A stretch of DNA of 64,000 bases, from contig CM052832.1 of NCBI GenBank assembly GCA_028534125.1, forward strand, positions 21,640,001-21,704,000, in the 5' to 3' direction. Every line of letters starts with the position of its first letter. Positions within the stretch are counted from its first letter, which is position 1. Below, piece after piece: positions 38,795 through 51,950 of the stretch. This stretch comes from Lama glama (taxonomy: Eukaryota). The notes below the pieces were generated by a model. That model searched no databases. It was not told where the DNA came from and was given only the letters and a program-made list of their open reading frames with translations. The translations under genes were made by a program, and so were the position numbers.

Positions 38795-39339
38795 GCCAAG
38801 ACATGGAGAGAGCCTAAATGTCCATCAACGGATGACTGGATAAAGAAGTGGTGGTATATTTATACAATGGAATACTACTCAGCCATAAAAACCGACAACG
38901 TAACGCCATTTGCAGCAACATGGATGCTCCAGGAGAATGTCATTCTAAGTGAAGTAAGCCAGAAAGAGAAAGAAAAATACCATATGAGATCGCTCATATG
39001 TGGAATCTAAACAAAAACAAAAACAAGAACAAAAACAAAACCAAAAACAAAGCATAAATACAAAACAGAAACGGACTCACAGACATAGAATACAGACTTG
39101 TGATTGCCAAGGGGGTGGAGGGTGGGAAGGGGCAGATGGGATTTCAAAATTGTAGAATAGATAAACAAGATTATACTGTATAGCACAGGGAAATATACAC
39201 AAGAACTTATGGTAGCTCACAGAGAAAAAAATGTGACAATGAATATACATATGTTCATGTATAACAGAAAAATTGTGCTCTACACTGGAATTTGACACAA
39301 CATTGTAAAATGATTATAAATCAATAAAAAATGTTAAAA
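38795..39339 (+). mobile_element. Young 5'-truncated LINE-1 3' end
   Basis: ORF2 C-terminal text, 3' UTR, AATAAA and an A tail. Perfect 17-nt TSD aaaagtttagaagtttt at 38778-38794 and 39340-39356. Confidence 0.95.
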
Positions 39340-39689
39340 AAAAGTTTAGAAGTTTTATGGAGAAGCTGGAGAAGAAGAAAGGTCTGATATACAATCCAGA
39401 TATCAAGGATTTAATAATTGACTACCTCTTCAATTTAAAATTTCTAAGTAAAAAGCACTACAAATATTTGCAGGTGGTATTAATAAAAGGGAATTTTAAT
39501 ATATGTTAAAACAGAATAACACATATACCAATAACCAGCTCCATAACTTGACCAAGCTATGCTAATCAAATTTATCTCCACCAACATGCCTGTTTCTGTG
39601 AAGGAATGTACAATATCCAGCATGAACTGTGGACTCTGGCCATATTAATGACAATATATAATTATAATCAAAAGGAAATATTGTGAGGA

Positions 39690-41500
39690 CTTCCATTTCT
39701 ATACACGAAGGATTAAGTGTTACAAGAATTGCCTTAATGTTATAAACAACTAGAAAATTTGACAAAATGTATGAAACAACCACCATCAGACAAGGAATAA
39801 AAAGCAGTGCAGGACTATGGTTTTTGAGAGAAGCAAGTAAGGTGAGTCCCATGAATGCCCATCTTATTGCCTGGAGGCATTTTTTAGGCCACAGCATAGA
39901 AAAGGGAATCCGAACAGAGCCTGATGATCTTGCTGACTGAGGAGACAGAAATTGGAGTTCAGAAAGGGTTAAATATTATCAACGAGAGAGATATACAGAG
40001 ACAGAGATCAAAAAAACAGCAGAGGGCCCCCCTCAAGTTTCTGGCTGAGAATCCATAAGAGAAAACTGAATCTCAAGGCTGGGGAAAGAATCATAGCAAA
40101 GCAGTAGGACAAACAATTCCTTGAAGTCGTATAGAATCAGGAATAACCTGTGTTATGTAAGCCAAAAGAAAGAATTCAGAATGCATGAGTCATTGGATAG
40201 AGCCCTTAAAAAGGCATCCACTTTAGTGGCAGAGAAAAGTTGGTGTTAGACAGAAAGCTTCTTTGGACCTATAATAACAGAACTTAAAAAGAAAGCCTCA
40301 AAAAAAAAATCAAATTAATTTTAAATAATTTAACCCATAAACAGAACAAACTCCAAAACTCTTTAAAAGAACACAATAAAACCCAATGTTCAACATGAAA
40401 TTCAAAATGCCTGGCATCCAAACAAAAATAACCAGGCACGCAGACAAGAACATACTGTGGTTATGATCAAGAGAAAAATCAATCAATAGCAGCAGAGTCA
40501 CAAATGACAGAGATGATAAAATTAGCAGACCAAGGAGATTAAAATAGCTAGTGTAAATGTAGTCCACATGTTTGAAAACCATGAACATGATGAGAAAATA
40601 AACAGAAGATTTTAGAAAAAAGATCCTACTGGAACTTCTAAAGATGAAGTTGAAGACCCCGTAACAGAAACTACCCAAACTGAAGCAAAGAGGCAGAGGA
40701 CACTGAGAATGAGAGCAGAACAATGCCAAGCCGACTGGCACACACGTAATTAGATTTCCTAAAATAATGGCTGAATTTTTTCCAAATTTGATGAAAACTA
40801 TAAACTAAAAACTTAAGAAATTCAACCTCAGCAGAATAAACATAAAGAAAACCACACGAAAGCACATTATAAATAGATTTTTTAAATAGAGGAAAATTTA
40901 AAAGCAAGTGAGGATGGGGATGACACTGTACACAGGCACAGAGATAAAAATGGCAGAAAACTTGTCAGCAACTACACAGGCCAGAATGGAACAGAGAGAC
41001 ATCCTCAAAACACTGAAAAACTGTCCTAGAATTTTGTATTCAGTGAAAACAGAAAAACAGCTATCCAACACGAGTGCAAAATAAAGATGTTAGACAAGCA
41101 AAGTTAGAGAATTCATTACCAGCAGACCACTACTCTATAGAGCATTTAAACCCTAGAGCAACCACCGATCAATCAAACAAAAGGTATAGCTAACAACACA
41201 ATAGTGGAGATAAAAAACAAAGAATCCTAATATTCAATCTAGAAGGAGGCAGGAAAAGAGGAAAGAAGGAATAAGGAAATCATGGGAATAATCATCAATC
41301 ATTAACTCCAGAGGAGATGTGAGTGGAAATGGAATCACAGAGGGATACACACAGGAGGCTTCAACACTGTAATACTTACTTTATTAAAAAAAAAAAAGTC
41401 TGAATTGAATATAATAAAATGTTAGGGTGTGATACAGCTGGTAATCGCTGTGTGTGCGTTTAACTGTTTCTACAGGTTTTTATATTTTTAAAACATTTTA
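39690..41500 (+). mobile_element. Ancient L1M/L1ME remnant (5'/ORF1 and 3' pieces)
   Basis: A-rich L1-like text: aattcaaaatgcctggcatccaaacaaaaataaccaggcac, ttttccaaatttgatgaaaactataaac, gagaattcattaccagcagacc. Confidence 0.75.
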
Positions 41501-42329
41501 TAATTTAAATTTTGAATGACAACTAGTAATCCCTGTGATTAGATTACTATCGATGAAGTTCATCTTTTATTCTTTTTTTTCCCATAAATCCCTCAGAAGC
41601 TAAGTCAACCAATGAAGTCAGTGTGTTTTACAGTAAGTGGTTCTACAAGCACAATTAAGTGCAACAACCTTTACTAAATTCTGCTATGTGAGGCTAATCT
41701 AGGTAGCTAATATTCAATATTTAAAAATAGAATGTTAACGCTCCTCTAGTCTAAGGGGAAAACAGAATGCCATTTTAAAATAACTACCTCATGGGGGAAA
41801 ATGGTAAGTTCTTACCATCAATAATTCAGCTTTTCAAAGAAAGACAAAATATAGTTAGCTGGTGACACTGAGGAAAACAACAAACCAATAGCTCTGTTGA
41901 CCTTGCCCTTTTCTTTGTCCCTGCTTACTCAATTCAGGTTCTCCAATTATACCCAGATATGATAAAGGCTTTAAATTGTCTTGTTAGAAAATGTCAGAAG
42001 CCTTGATTCACTTCATTTTACAAACACAGACTCTCAAAGATCAGAAAGGTAAAGCAACTTGGCCCAAGTTATACAATAACCAGTAGCAGAGCAGGGATAA
42101 GAATTAACCTCCTAACTTACAAGGAAGGAATTCCAACATAATTCTTTTTATGCCAATTCAGTGATCCAAGGAGAACACCTATAAAACTTTGGCTATAATT
42201 ATGGCAACATGAGAAATAGCAACTAAAATCTCAAAAGACAGAAAGCTTTAGTAGCATTAGAAATAAGAAATCACTGAAGAAAACCAAACAATTCATAAAT
42301 AATGCATGAGATGCTTTAAGAGTTTAAGT

Positions 42330-42622
42330 CTGCACTATCCAATATGATAACCACTAGCCACACGTGGCTATTGAGAACTTAAAATGTGATTAGTTGTGCT
42401 GTAAGTGCACAGAATGTGAAGACTTAATATGAAAAAAGAATATAAATATCTCATTAAGAATTTTTTATATTGATTATGAGTTGAAATGATTTTTGATATA
42501 TTTGGTTAATTAAAATCTTATAAAGCAAATTTAACCTGCATTTTTTTTACTTTTCCTATATGACTACCGGAAATTTTTAAATTACATACATGGCTTGCAT
42601 TATATTTGTATTGTACAGCACC
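42330..42622 (-). mobile_element. MER33 (hAT-Charlie) DNA transposon fossil
   Basis: ctgcactatccaatatgataaccactagccacacgtggctattgag at one end and gcttgcattatatttgtattgtacagcac at the other, forming imperfect terminal inverted repeats. Confidence 0.88.
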
Positions 42623-43849
42623 GTTACATAGACAATACAGCTGTCTACAATGAAGAGATGAAAGAATTAACATGAACTTTAAATCATTAGTCAAACGTAC
42701 TTCCTTCTAAATAATTAATCAAGAGAAACTGAAAACTCTTCAGTTAGATAACTGATTAATAACAGCTACAAGATACTCTATACATTTGACACTTCATTTA
42801 CTTATGTTTGTTTTTATTTATTTTTGCTGTTTTATTAAAATATGAAAAATATTAAATAAAAAATACCACTAGCAAACTTCCAATTCTAGTACATTTTGTG
42901 TATTATGTTTAAGTCATTTTTGACATGTACATTTTATATACTCCACGCTATTAAAAAAGGAAAGATTACTCTATTTAAAACCATACTTAAAAGTTCCTTG
43001 AATCCTTAATTCTCATCACTAATACATATACATATGTTTACAAATAGCATTCCCAACTTTGATATATTTAAAGATTTACAAATTGCCTCTAACTGTAAAC
43101 CATTATTTACCTTATAACTTAAAAATGAGGAAGCAAACATAGAAAATGGGTGAGGTTTGTGACTCATCTATCATTAACCAACACATGAGTTAAACAGAAA
43201 TCCTTTAAAAAGCTCCTCATTTCCAAGTCTGACTTACACAACTTCTCTTCTTTGGGGAAAAATGAATTATCACCAAAGTACTTATGCTAACATAATAAAA
43301 ACCCACATTCGCCATCCCTCAGTCCCCCTGCATGAAACTATTACAAGGAAACTCTCCACCTTTTCCTCCATGCTTGCAGCCAATATATTACTGTGAGATT
43401 TTCTAACAATGGAGAAATGATTTAAAAAGAGAACAGAGTACTTGTGGTAATTGCACTGGCCCAAACTCAGCCAATTATAGTAAAATCACTTTATTTTTTA
43501 TAAGTAAGTTGGTTAAGTTTTTTAAATACTTTAATTTACTTCTACTAAGTCTGCAAAATCTCTTCCAGGAAACACAATTTCAGTACTTCAAACTTGAGTT
43601 CACATATTCTTTAAAAAACCTGTGAAAAACAATTTGACTCTGTATTCTGAAATTTCCTAGTTCTTTTGTGTTATTTCATGTGACTTCAGGTGGTTGGGGA
43701 TTAAGCTGAGGTCCTAGAGAGGGTCTCTTTCATTCACTGTTTATTTTAAAGATCTCCAACAGTATCCATGGAGAGAAATTACTCAGCGAATAGCACAGTA
43801 GGGAGGAGCAGGCAGAAAGAAATACGGAGGGAAATCTCTCTTTCTAACA

Positions 43850-44035
43850 CACTATAATTTGCTTCTAATTATGTCTATTGTGTATTGTCTCTCTACCATA
43901 CCTCCTACCAGGAGAAAAACTACAGTAAGATTGAGATTTTCACTTGTTCTCTTCGCTGATGTATCTCCTGCAGTAGACCAGTGCCTGACACTTCAGAGGC
44001 ATCCCATGAATATTTGTTGATTGACTTATTCAATT
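43850..44035 (+). mobile_element. L2 3' end
   Basis: cttgttctcttcgctgatgtatctcctgcagtagaccagtgcctgacac..aatatttgttgattgac. Confidence 0.75.
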
Positions 44036-44624
44036 AATAAAAAGATAGGAAGAAAAGAAAACCTGAAGCGGTGGAGAAGGAGAAGGTGATGCAGGGATGA
44101 GAACACGTGGGACTGAACTAGGAGACCACAATTTCAGTTCTCAGATCTGTGTAAATGGCAGGAACACAAGAAAGTCACAGTATTTCACACAGAACACAAA
44201 ATATAAATGCTTTTCCCACTACAACAGAAAACTGAACAATCAGAAAATGCCTAAAATATATTGAATATATATACTTAGAAAAAATACAAAACAGATTGTA
44301 AAAATAATCATAATAAATTACTTGAGCTTCTGTTGATACTTGTTTTCTACTTACGCACCAATTTGTCATCTTTTATATATCAAGCGAATAGAAGGTAGCC
44401 ACCAAAACAATGAGAAAAAATTTTCTGAAAAACACTGAAAATGAAGATAATTCTATTCATTAACTTAATATTTTCCTTCTGAAATGAGGAAAAAGAAAAC
44501 AGCATTATTTGAACAGGAAAAAAGCAGAGTTTCACTAGAGAATTACTTGAATATCATTAGTTTACACAGAAGTGTACTTTTTTTAAGTTTCAACAGAACT
44601 CCACACATTCGAAATGTAAAAGAT

Positions 44625-45622
44625 CAAGCCAGAAGATGATACCCCAGAAGCAACGAGTGCAACTAATAACCAGATTGTATTTTCTAAACACCATTCTCCC
44701 CTAAAAACAACAGTTGCTTGGAGAAATGGTAGATCCCAGGCCTGGGTAAGTAAAGTACAAGAAGAGCCTGAAACATTTTCTGGTGCCAGAAAGGAAGAAA
44801 GTGCTCAAAAAATTGATACCATAACAAAAGAACACAGAAGCCAATTTGAGGATGTGCTCAATGGCAAATTGGGGAAAATTTGAGCAATAATATAAATGAT
44901 AATGAAATTCAAAGTACAGAATAGAGTAAATATTCATAAATCCATACTTACATAAATAAGTATTTGAAAAAAAAACAAATAGGAGACACAGCTCCTCCTT
45001 ATATTGTAATTCCAATTACTAACTGTGAAAGGAAAGAGAAAAATCGCCAATTGACATACACCACAGTGATAATCATTGGAGTTAAGAATCATCAGTGAAT
45101 GTTCAAGTCAGTGGACAAAAGAAAGTATGAGGATACACAGGTTATTTGCATAGTCCTGTATATCCCCATAAGATACCTGCTATCTGAGAAAAACAGTAAC
45201 TTTGCAGTAGAGAAATCTGGCAGATTGTCACCTTCATTAAGTGATAGAAATTAAACCCACCTTTAATGAGACATCTCAGCATCATCTATTTGAAGGCCCT
45301 GAAAAGTGGACATCACTTTAGTTGTATTCTTGCCAAAAACACATAATCTGAATTTAATAATGTTGAAACAGCAGACAAATCCAAATTGAGAGGTTCTTTT
45401 AAATAACTGGCCAGTAATTTTAAAAAATAACAACGTTATGAACGATAAAGAAAGGCAAAGGTACTATTGTAGATTGGAGGGGAAGAAACTCAGGAAACAT
45501 GATAACTAAATGTAATATGAGATCCTGGATTGGATCCTGAACCAGAAAAAGGATTTTAGTGGGACAATGGGTGAAATTTGAATAGAGTCTATAGATTACA
45601 TAATAGTATTGTATCAATGTCA
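44625..45622 (+). mobile_element. Old L1 3' UTR (L1MC/L1MD-like)
   Basis: cttggagaaatggtagatcccaggcctggg..gatcctggattggatcctgaaccagaaaaagga..tagtattgtatcaatgt. Confidence 0.8.
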
Positions 45623-45624
45623 AT

Positions 45625-46686
45625 TAAAAGATCAATAAAACTAAAAGATGGTTCTTTGAAAAGACAAACAAAGTTGATAAATCTTTAGACAGAGACTCAT
45701 GAAGAAAAAAGGGAGAGGGCCCATATCAATAAATCGGAAATGAAAAAGGAGAAGTTACAACAGACATCACAGAAATACAAAGGACCATGAGAGACTAGAA
45801 CGAGCAACTGTATGCCAATAAAACAGACAACCCAGAAGAAACAAATTCTTAGAAAGGGACATCTCCCAAGATTGAACCAGGAAAAAACAGACCAATTACC
45901 AGTGAAACTGAATCAGTAATTTAAAAACTCCCAACAAACCAAAGTCCAGGACCAGATGGTTCATGAGCAAACTCTACCAAACACTCAGGGAAGAGTCAGC
46001 ACCTATCCTTCTAAAGCTATTCCAAAAACTTCCAGAGGAAGGAAAACTTTCAAACTTGTTCTATAAAGCAATCATGGCCCTGATACCAAAACTAGACAAA
46101 GATATCACAAAAAAAGAAAATTAAGAGGCCAATATCACTAATGAACATAGATGCAAAAATCCTGGACAAAATACAAGCAAACCAAATCAAACAATACATT
46201 AAAAGGATCATACACCATGATCCAGTGGGCTTTGTATCAGCATGCAAGGATTTTTCAATACCCACAAATCAGTGTGTTATACCATATTAACAAACTGAAG
46301 AATAAAAGCCACATGCTCATCTCAATAGATGCAGAAAAAGCTTTTGATAAAATTCAAAATCTATATATGATAAAAACTCTCCTGCAAGTGTGCATAGGGA
46401 ACATACCTCAACATAATGAAAGAAAAAAAAAGAAAAAGAAAAAAAAAAAAAAACCACAATGAAGGCCATATATGACACGCCCACAGTTAACATCATTCTC
46501 AATGATGAAAAGCTGTAAGCATTTCCTCAAAGATTAGGAATAAGACAAGGATGCCCATTCTTGACACTTTTATTCAACAGTTGTGGAAGTTCTAGACACA
46601 GCAATCAGAGAAGAAAAAGCTATAAAAGAAATCTAAATTGTAAAAGAAGTAGTAAACTGTCACTGTTTGCAGATGACACGATACTC
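45625..46686 (+). mobile_element. LINE-1 ORF2 (reverse transcriptase) fragment, disrupted
   Basis: Translates in pieces to [25 protein letters not shown] and ends at ctgtttgcagatgac (LFADD). Stops and frameshifts are present. Confidence 0.93.
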
Positions 46687-49629
46687 TTCTGGTTGCATTT
46701 TAGAGTGAAATCCTTTCACAGCACTTACTGATCCTTGGTCTTTTCAAACTACTGTGATTTGTATCACAGGCCATATAATGCTTTGAACATTACTGGCGTT
46801 CAATAAATAACAAACCAGCTTTACTATTAAAAAAATAATGAACAATGAACCTAGACTGTAGAAATCTCTACTGACCACAAAATTGCTGTCAGTGGCACTA
46901 ACAGCTATTTTATTATAAAAGGCCCTCAAATTAGAAAATATGCAAATTATCTTTATGCAAGAAATGTAGCAGATATTCTAAGATTCAGAGTGCTTAAAAA
47001 TATTCACCCAACTGGGATGATTTCAGATTAAAGAAAATAACGACTGTGTAATTATATACACTTACCTTGACAAATAGAAAGCAATCTGTGATTAGAACAC
47101 AGCAATTAGTTACAAAATGCTTCACATGGATTTAATTATCCATCAGCCTACATGTAGCTTAATTACTTTTATCTCATTGCATCAGTAAAAGATTTCTGCC
47201 TGAGGCAACTGCCAGTCATATATTTATAAGGCTTCTAGACTTTACAGTGAATATATTATAACATTCAGGCAAATGTGCTAAAGTTACAGTTACAGAGGCA
47301 TTCTTAATTTTGAGTCCCTAGTTTTAGTTTATAAATGTCTTATCACTGTCTTGGAGTCAATGCTCATCTACCTTTCACATTGACAGTGTCACCTATTTGG
47401 CTAAATAACATTGTTGACATAAACATTACCTCTGTTTATTCTAATCCTGTAAAAGCCAGAAAGACAGACCTTTAAAACCAAAATAATTACCTTACTGCCC
47501 CGAGGCAAAGGGTACTATATTCCCACAGGTAAGGTCAACACTTAAATTCAGAAAGGAGATGACCTCTCTTTCAGGGTAGATAAAGAAAGTCCTTTCACTC
47601 AGTGCTGCTCTGCTGGTAACTGTGGAAGGATGGTGGCTTCACTGGATGGAATTTTTCTTGTGTTGGACTCAAAGTGGAAAGCACTGTCTTCCATTTTTCT
47701 TGACTTAGGAAGACATGTTTTAAAAATTCAGCTAATCAAGAACTGAGTCCTAGGTTCTCTGCTGATTAACTCAGTATCTTTGGGCAAGTTATTTAACTGA
47801 CTTAAGAATAAATAACTGTTAAATTCAGTAACACAAAAATATCTAGTAGAGGGGACGGCTCACAGCACGTGTATCACTGGTCATAGGGGTTCCCTTAGGA
47901 GAGGTCTGTGAAGATTACGTGAATTTATCAGAAAAAGAGATCTCTTTGGAACTAAGCAGAAAAATATTCTCCTTCCGTTTTCCTTTAAGGGAATATTTTT
48001 TGGTGTTGTTTGGGAAATTAGATCATTTAAAAAGTGAGACTTTTCAAAACTCTGGAATCTGAGGCTGGGGGAACCTGGTCTCATCCTACTTACAATCACT
48101 GAAGAAACTACCATGCTAAGGCAGGCAGGTCTTCGGGGCCAGATGACACCATTTCAGCTCAATTTAGAGAGATCTACTGAGGCTTCCTTTAGGGCTCACA
48201 AGTCATGGAGTATCCATCTGTAATTTCTTTCTTACTCAAAACAGAGTTTCTTTTGCTTCTGCTTAAATACATACAAAATCAACAAGAAAATAGTTCTTAA
48301 GTGCTACCAGGCTTAAGAACCACTTACAAAGCAGATGAAATATTCAAGCAGGGTGGGCAAGATTCTAATGGGTTGATGTCTCAGATCATGTACTCCGGTG
48401 ATACTGATAAACACACTTGGAGAAACAGTAGGTTTGGCTTCATGTGAGTATACAGCAACAACAATTAAATACATTATCAAAATTCTAAAAAAAATAGAAA
48501 AGATTTGCACATCCTTTAAAGACTTTAAAAATTCCCTTTCTGCATTGACACACTATGATTTCCTACTTCCCAATTATTGATCCCCCAAAGGAATACAGGC
48601 TTGCAGAGTCTTAAAAAGAGCTTGCAAATGGTGCACGTGTCATCAGGATGTGGAGGCTCTCCACTGCAGTCGGAAAGAAACACAGCATCGGGGGAGGTAA
48701 CAGGTGATACAGTGGCAAGAATTTATGGTTGTTTGGGCACTACAGCACAGAGAAGGACCTCACCGTTTGATATGTATACTAAATATGTGAGATAACCTAT
48801 ACTGTAAAATTAACCCCCTGAAGATTTCATGAATTTTTACTCCTTTATTTATAAACTTCAAAGCAAGCAGCACACAGTGGTTGCTCAAAAAGTATCTGGA
48901 GGTTCTTCCAGGTCACGGTATGTGTTCCAGTCATGTGGGTGCTCCCAGCTTTTCGTATGATGACTACTGCACATAATAACTACTTAGCTAATATTTGCTA
49001 AAGGAAGGAAAGGGATGGGGCAGAAAGAAGGGAAATGTTTCAAATATTTAACCTTCTAGGAAAGGGCAAATTTTTTTCAAAACAAATTTTTCCGATATTT
49101 CTGTGGCAAACATGCATAAAATTATTAGGCAATAATTTTATAGAAAGTGTTCTAAAGATACTCAGATGTCACAGAGGAAAAATAGCACCACACATTAAAT
49201 TAAAACAAAATGAACAAAACAAGTAGTCTCATCTGTACTTCAACCCCTTTGCGTAGCTTGTCTGATAGTTCTTACCCAGAAATAGAAAAAGAGCTTTGTT
49301 TGGAGAAAGCCAGCTGCCAGACCAGGTTCTAAACCCCTGGGCTGGCCTCTTTCTAGCCAGTGACAATGACCACATTAAAATTTCCTATGTCTTGTCTGTA
49401 AAGTAGGCAGAGTGACAGTGGATTGTGACAATTCAATGACAGCAAATTTTCCAGTAAAGAGCCCAGCCCAGGACCTGATGTCGTGAGGCCAAATCCTATG
49501 TATCCTTACTCCTCTAAATCAAAGTGACTCCAAAGATGACCTATAACTAAGAAAACTATACATATATGTACACATAGAACAATAGTGGCACATCCCCATG
49601 TATCAGTAGAGCAGAGATGCTCATGTGAC

Positions 49630-49860
49630 AACAAGCTTCAGGGTCAGCCTGGGTGAGAATTCTGGCTCTGCCACTTACTGGCTGGGTAGCCGTGAGTAAG
49701 TTAACTACATGACTCAGAGCTCAGGTTTCCTCGGCTGTGGGATGAAGACAATCACACCCGCACCTTACAGGGGTGATGTAGAGATAAATGAGATGGTCCA
49801 CACAGAGCAATTCCCACTCCGCCTGGCACAGAGTACGCAACGAACGCTAGCAACCGTTAC
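49630..49860 (+). mobile_element. MIR SINE
   Basis: cctgggtgagaattctggctctgccacttactggctgggtagccgtgagtaagttaac..ctcaggtttcctc..gcctggcacagagta. Confidence 0.85.
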
Positions 49861-51804
49861 TGCTACGCGAAATACACAGTAACGATGAGGAGCTACGCAT
49901 CCATTCCTGGGCTCTGCATGGGTTTCGTTTGCGGGACCAGGGGCCGCTGCCTTTGGAAATTGGAAATGACAGTATGTTTACTAAGGCACTTGAATCCTCT
50001 GAATTCCCATTTGCAGACAAAAACTACTTCTTTGATACTGAAGTTACAATAAAAAGGGTAATTGTGGCATAGCCTGTTCAGACCTAAATGCAGAAATTGC
50101 CCCATTTGCAAATGGGAACTACCCAAGCACAGAAATAGAGCTGGATGCAGGGCTTTAAAAAACAATAAAGTTAATTAAAAGGAAAAAATACTTTTTATAG
50201 AGTTCAAAAACAAGTTAATTTTTCTCAAATTCACATTTATAGTGTGAACAGCCAAGGAGTTAAATAAGCAATGAAATAAATGCTTAAAACCACTTCAACT
50301 GACTTCTCTTAAATAGCTTTCATTAGTTTGGTTTGAGTCTGCTTTTTAACTCATTAAGTGTTTTTAAAATTAGATTTGTTGTTTTAATGCAGCTTTTCTT
50401 GGCACTTTTTGTCAAGAAAGAAGTACAGAGATCACTTACACTTTTGATCTGTAAAATCCAAACCAACTTGATAAATTTTTTTGAAAACAAACTTTATGAA
50501 GACAAGTTAAAATTAAAGGAAAAAAGAAAATATAGTTTCAGAGTATTTAAACAAGCACTAAAATCTCAAGCCAAGAGCTGACACCCTTTAAAAACTAATG
50601 TGCCAAATCTCTACCCATTTTTCCTTGTGTTCTTCGGGGTCCAAGGAGGAGACATTGATGTGAGTTGGTCCTTCATGACGTGCAGGAAGGGGCCATGAGC
50701 AGCTGCCAGTGAGGAAGAAGACACTTGCCACTGATCAGTGAGGTAGACGGCGGCAGATGTTCAGGGATGGAGTTAGCCAACAAAAATTAAAAATAAAAAT
50801 AAATAAATCTAGCCCATGTCCTGCCTGTTACAGAAAAACAAAAACCCTGTTTCAATGATTATGAATGTTAAAGAAAGGCCAAATACAAAGCAAAAATCAC
50901 TGTTACTAACATCAAAATAATTAGGAAGATTTAAAAACTAAATAGGATTAAGATTAAACAGGAAACATCCAATGCGCTATCATTCCTTCCTCATGAGTAA
51001 TTATTCTTGTTAGTACATCCGCATTGCACTGCCTCCTTGACTGTATCTTACTTTCCCTACTACTGCTCCTGCTGGGGACCATCTCCACCTGCTCTTTGGG
51101 GTTCTCCCTTCCATTTTCTCCTATGTTGCGCTGCACTGGTAACTGTTATCCTTGCTCCCAAGGCTAGCCTTTATTATCAGAAAGAATGGGGTAGTATTTT
51201 TATGTGCCCCAAGAAACCTGAAGCACCCCCAAAGAAAATCCAACAAATGAGTGGTTGCATACATCTATTATCAGCATCCTTACAGGAAGGTTATCCCACA
51301 AAGTTTCAGCCTTTAAATACGGATCCTTTCAATGTCTACTGGGAATCCTTATTATCTGGAACTGTCAAGATTTACCCAACACATGCTAGAAGAAGGAGAA
51401 TCTCCAGTCCCACTGCACAGGGTTAAAATCAGGCAGAGGAGGAGAGGCCTTACTTTCTCTTACAAGCTGTAACGAATATTGGCTGGCTTTTATAAACAGT
51501 ATCTCCAAGCTAAGATGGAACTCAAAACAACATCCCTGAGATATTACGAGTCCAGGTCTCTAGCTCACATGTATTTTGGATTAAACAGATTTTTGTAGGG
51601 AAAAGGCCCATGATTTTTTTCAAGTCCAAGTTCTGAGTACCTAACTTTTAAAAGAATATTGGAAACCTAAGGGACAGTCTAAAGTAGAAGAAAGGATTTT
51701 AACTGCAGCTCTTCCAATATCGTCTCTCTTTAAATAAGTCACTTGATTTTGCTGCATTTCAGTTTCTTCATCTGGAAAATAAGGAGATTAGACCAGGCTA
51801 TTTA

Positions 51805-51950
51805 GCTCAACATCTTTGGGTTAGAGATACCCTTTGACACTGATGGAAGTTATAGATTCCTATCCAGAAAAAAAGCCAATACAACATTTTGCTTGGTATT
51901 TCAGAGGATTCATAGATTCTTAAAAGAACATATGTGGAAAAACCCTTCAA
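51805..51950 (-). mobile_element. hAT-Charlie MITE fragment (Charlie4z-like)
   Basis: ccctttgacactgatggaagttatagattcctatccagaaaaa..cattttgcttggtatttcagaggattcatagattc. Confidence 0.5.

Noticed and set aside
45625..46686. Reverse transcriptase as part of a novel RT system
   Set aside because: It is an ordinary decayed LINE-1 ORF2 with stops and frameshifts. The same applies to 59595-60320.
50640..50810. Possible processed pseudogene fragment ending in an A-rich tract
   Set aside because: There is no recognisable parent gene and no convincing TSD
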